Shown here: positions 60,401 to 64,000 of the stretch, piece by piece | Numbering within the stretch: the first letter of the stretch is position 1 | Layout of the letters: every line of letters starts with the position of its first letter | DNA from: the human T2T-CHM13v2.0 reference genome, Homo sapiens | Length of the DNA: 64,000 nt | NCBI RefSeq assembly: GCF_009914755.1 | Contig: NC_060944.1 | Direction: 5' to 3' (one strand) | The notes under the pieces: generated by a model | Told to the model about the DNA's origin: nothing | What the model saw: the letters and a program-made list of their open reading frames with translations, nothing else | The model's database searches: none | Made by a program: the position numbers and the translations under genes

Positions 60401-63400
60401 TTCAACTCTGTGAGATGAATGCACACATCACAAAGAAGTTTCTCAGAATGCGTCCATGTAGTTTTTATGTGAATATATTTCCTTTTCCACCATAGTCCAA
60501 AAAGGGCTCAAAATATTCACTTTCAGTTTCTACAAAAAGAGAGAATTAAAATTGCTGTTTCAAAAGATAAGTCCATCTCTTTGAGATGAATACATAAATC
60601 ACAATATAGTTTCTCAGAATGCTTTGGCATAGTTTTTATGTGAAGATATTTCCTTTTCCACCATAGGTCTCAAAGTTCTCCAAATATCCACTTGCAGATA
60701 CTACAAAAAGAGTGTTTCAAAACTGCTCAATCAAAGGAAAAGTGCAACTCAGTGAAATGAATGCACACATCAAAAAGAAGTTTCTCTCAATGCTTCAGTG
60801 TAGATTTATGTGTAGATATTTCCTTTTCCATAATAGGCCTCAAAGGGCTCCAAATATCCACATGCAGATGCTACAAAAAGAGTGTTTCAAAACTGCTCAA
60901 ACTGTTCATCAAAGAAAGGTTAAACTCTGTGTGATGAACGCACACATCACAAAGAAGTTTCTCAGAATTCTTCAGTTTAATTTTTATGTGAAGATATTTC
61001 CTTTTCCACGATAGGCCTGAAAGAGCTCCAAATATTCACTTGCAGATTAATAAAGTGTGTTTCCAAACTACTCAATCAAAAGAAAGATTCAAGCCTGTGA
61101 AATGAATGCACACATAACAAAGAAATTTCTCAGAATGCTTCTCTGTAGTTTTTATGTGGAGATATTTCCTTTTCCGACATAGGCCACTAAGGGCTCCAAA
61201 TACCCACTTGCAGATACTACAAAAAGAGAATTTCAAAACTACTCATACAAAAGATAGGTTCAACTCTGTGAGTTGAATGCTCCCATCACAAAGAAGTTCT
61301 TCAGAGTGCTTCTGTGTAGTTTTTATGTGAAGATATTTCCTTTTCCACAATAGGTCTCAAAGTGCTCCAAATATCCACTTGCAGATTCTGCAAAAAGAGT
61401 GTTTCAAAACTGCCCAATCAAAAGAAAGTTTCAACTGTGTGAGATGAATGCACATATCACAAGGAAGTTTCTCAGAATGTTTCTGTGTAATTTTTATATG
61501 AAGATATTTCCTTTTCCACAACACGCTTCAAAGCGCTCCAAATATCCACATGTAGATTCTACAAAAAGAGTGTTTCAAAACTGCTCAATCAAAAGAAAGG
61601 TTAAGCTTTGTGAGATGAAGGCACACAACACGAAGAAGTTTCTAAGAATGCTTCTGTGTAGTTTTTATTTGAAGATATTTCCTTTTCCACCACAGGCCTA
61701 AAAGAGCCACAAATATCCACTTGCATATCCTACAAAAAGACTGTTTCCAAACTGCTCAATCAAAAGAAACGTTAAAATCTATGAGATGAATGCACACATG
61801 GCAAAGAAGTTGGTCAGAATGATTCTGTGTAGTTTTAAGTTGAAGATATTTCCTTTTCCACAAAAGGCCTCAAAGGCCTCAAAATATACACTTGCAGATT
61901 CTACAAACAGATTTTCTCTAACTGCTCAATCAAGTTAAAGGCTAAACTCTGTGAGATGAATGAACACATAACAAGGAAATTTCTCAGAATGCTTTGTGTA
62001 GTTTTTATGTGAAGATATTTCCTTTTCATGCACAGGCCACAAAGCTCTCCAAATATCCAATTGCAGATTCTATAAAAAGAGAGTTTCAAAACTGCTCATT
62101 CAAAAGATAGGTTCAACACTCTGAGTTCAATGCTCACATCACAAACAAGTTTATCAGAGTGCTTCTGTGTAGTTTTAATGTGAAGAGATTTCCTTTTCCA
62201 CCATAGGCCTCAAAGCACTCCAAATATCCACTTGCAGATTCTACAAAAACAGTGTTTACAAACTACTCAGTCAAAAGAAAGTTTCAACACTGTGAGATGA
62301 ATGCACACATCACAAAGAAGTTTCTCAGAATGCTTCTATGTAGTTTTTATATGACGGTATTTCCTTTTCCACAATAGGCCTGAAAGTAATCCAAATATCC
62401 AATTCCAGATTCTACAAAAAGAGTTTTTCTGCTCAGTCAAAAGAAAGGCTCAACTGTGAGAGATGAATGCACACATCAAAAAGAAGTTTTTCAGAATGCT
62501 TCTGCGTAATTTTTATGTGAAGATAATTCCTTTTCCACCATAGGCCTCAAAGGGCTCCCAATTTCCACCTGCAGATTCTACAAAAAGAGAGATTCAAAAC
62601 TGCTGAATCAACAGATATGTTCAACTCTGTGAGTTGAATGCAGACATGACAAAGAAGTTTTTCCGAATGCTTCTTTGTAGTTTTTATGTGAAGATATTTC
62701 CTTTTCCGCTATAGTCCTCAAAGTGCTCCAAATATCCAATTGCAGATTCTAAAAAAAGGGTGTTTCAGAACTGTTCAATGAAATCAAATGTTCAACACTG
62801 TGAGATGAATGTGCACATCACAAAGAAGTTTCTCAGAATGCTTCTGTCTAGTTTTTATGTGAAGATATTTCCTTTTACACCATAGGCCTCAAAGCCCTCC
62901 CAATATCCACTTGCCGATTCTACAAAAAGAGTGTTTCGAAACTGCTGAATCAATAGAAAGTTTCAACTCTGTGAGATGAATGCACACATCGCAAGGAAGT
63001 TTCTCAGAATGCCTCTGTATAGTTTTTATGTGAAGATATTTCCTTTTCCACAATAGGCCTCAAAGAGCTTCAAATATCCACTTGCAGATTCTATAAAAAG
63101 AGTGTTTCAAAACTGCTCAATCAAAAGAAAGGTTCACCTCCATGAGATGATTGCACACATCACAAAGAAGCTTCTCAGAATGCTTCTGTGTAGTTTTTAT
63201 GTGAAGATATTTCCTTTTGCAAAACAGGCTGCAAAGAGCTCCTAATATCCACTTGCAGATTCTACAAAAAGGGAGATTCAAAACGGCTCAATCAAAAGAT
63301 AGGTTCAACTCTGTGAGTTGAATGCATGCATCACAAAGAAGTTTCTCAGAATGCTTCTGTGTAGTTTTATGTGAACATATTTCCCTTTCCACAGTAGGCC

Positions 63401-64000
63401 TCACAGGGCTTCAAATATCCACTTCCAAATTCTGCCAAAAGAGTGTTTAATAACTGCTCAATCAAAAGAAAGTTTCAACTATGTGAGATGAATTCACACA
63501 TCAGAAAGTAGTTTCTTAGAATGCTTCTGTGTTTTGATGTGAAGATATTTCCTTTTCAAAAATAGGTTGCAAAGGGCTCCAAATATCCACTTGCAGATAC
63601 TACAAACAGAGAGTTTCAAAACCGCTGTATCAAAAGAAAGGTTCAACTCTGTGAGTTGAATGCACACATCACAAAGAAGTTTCTCAGAATGCTTCTTTGT
63701 AGTTTTTATATGAAGATATTTCCTTTTCCACCGTAGGCCTCAAAGCGCTTCAAATATCCACTTGCAGATCCTACAAAAAGAATGTTTCAAAATTGCTCAA
63801 TCAAAAGAAAGTTTCAACTCGGTGAGATGAGTGCACGCATCACAAAGATGTCTCTCAGAATGCTTCTGTGTAGTTTTTATGTGAAGATATTACCATTTCC
63901 ACAATAGGCCTCAAAGCTCTCTAAATATCCAAATGCAGATTCTACAAAAAGAGAGATTAAAAACTGCTCAATCAAAATGAAGGTTCAACTATCTGAGTTG
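57454..64000 (-). repeat. Divergent monomeric alpha satellite, reverse orientation (continues past the window end)
   Basis: Resumes in phase after the L1 TSD; ~171-bp period; no CENP-B box seen. Confidence 0.97.

Overview
Hominoid (human or great ape) pericentromeric mosaic with no intact protein-coding or rRNA gene. From left to right: (1) 1-6794: two degenerate D4Z4/DUX4-like units on the minus strand; the first is interrupted by a 5'-inverted PCMTD1 retrocopy with a 16-bp TSD. (2) 6795-9903: a Tigger1 remnant carrying an AluS and a solo LTR5A-like HERV-K LTR. (3) 9904-28627: an orphan rDNA relic. It holds about 17.5 kb of IGS with Alus, CT tracts and the CDC27 retrocopy, then jumps to a 5'ETS piece and to ITS2, so the promoter, 18S, 5.8S and 28S are all absent. 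(4) 28628-30516: an unclassified ~165-bp filler plus an AT-rich block with ancient L1M/MIR. (5) 30517-64000: divergent monomeric alpha satellite with no CENP-B box seen. It contains a reconstructable 8.8-kb inversion, a monomer-layer switch near 41.8 kb, local multimer duplications, and a full-length L1PA2/3 nested in a twin-primed L1PA3. I see no convincing new biological system. The strongest leads are a recurrent position-specific GATTACA>GATGACA change in at least 11 independent IGS Alus, a CDC27 retrocopy of an intron-polyadenylated isoform, the spacer-only rDNA structure and the unclassified junction segment. Family and subfamily calls are from recalled consensus sequences, not from searches.
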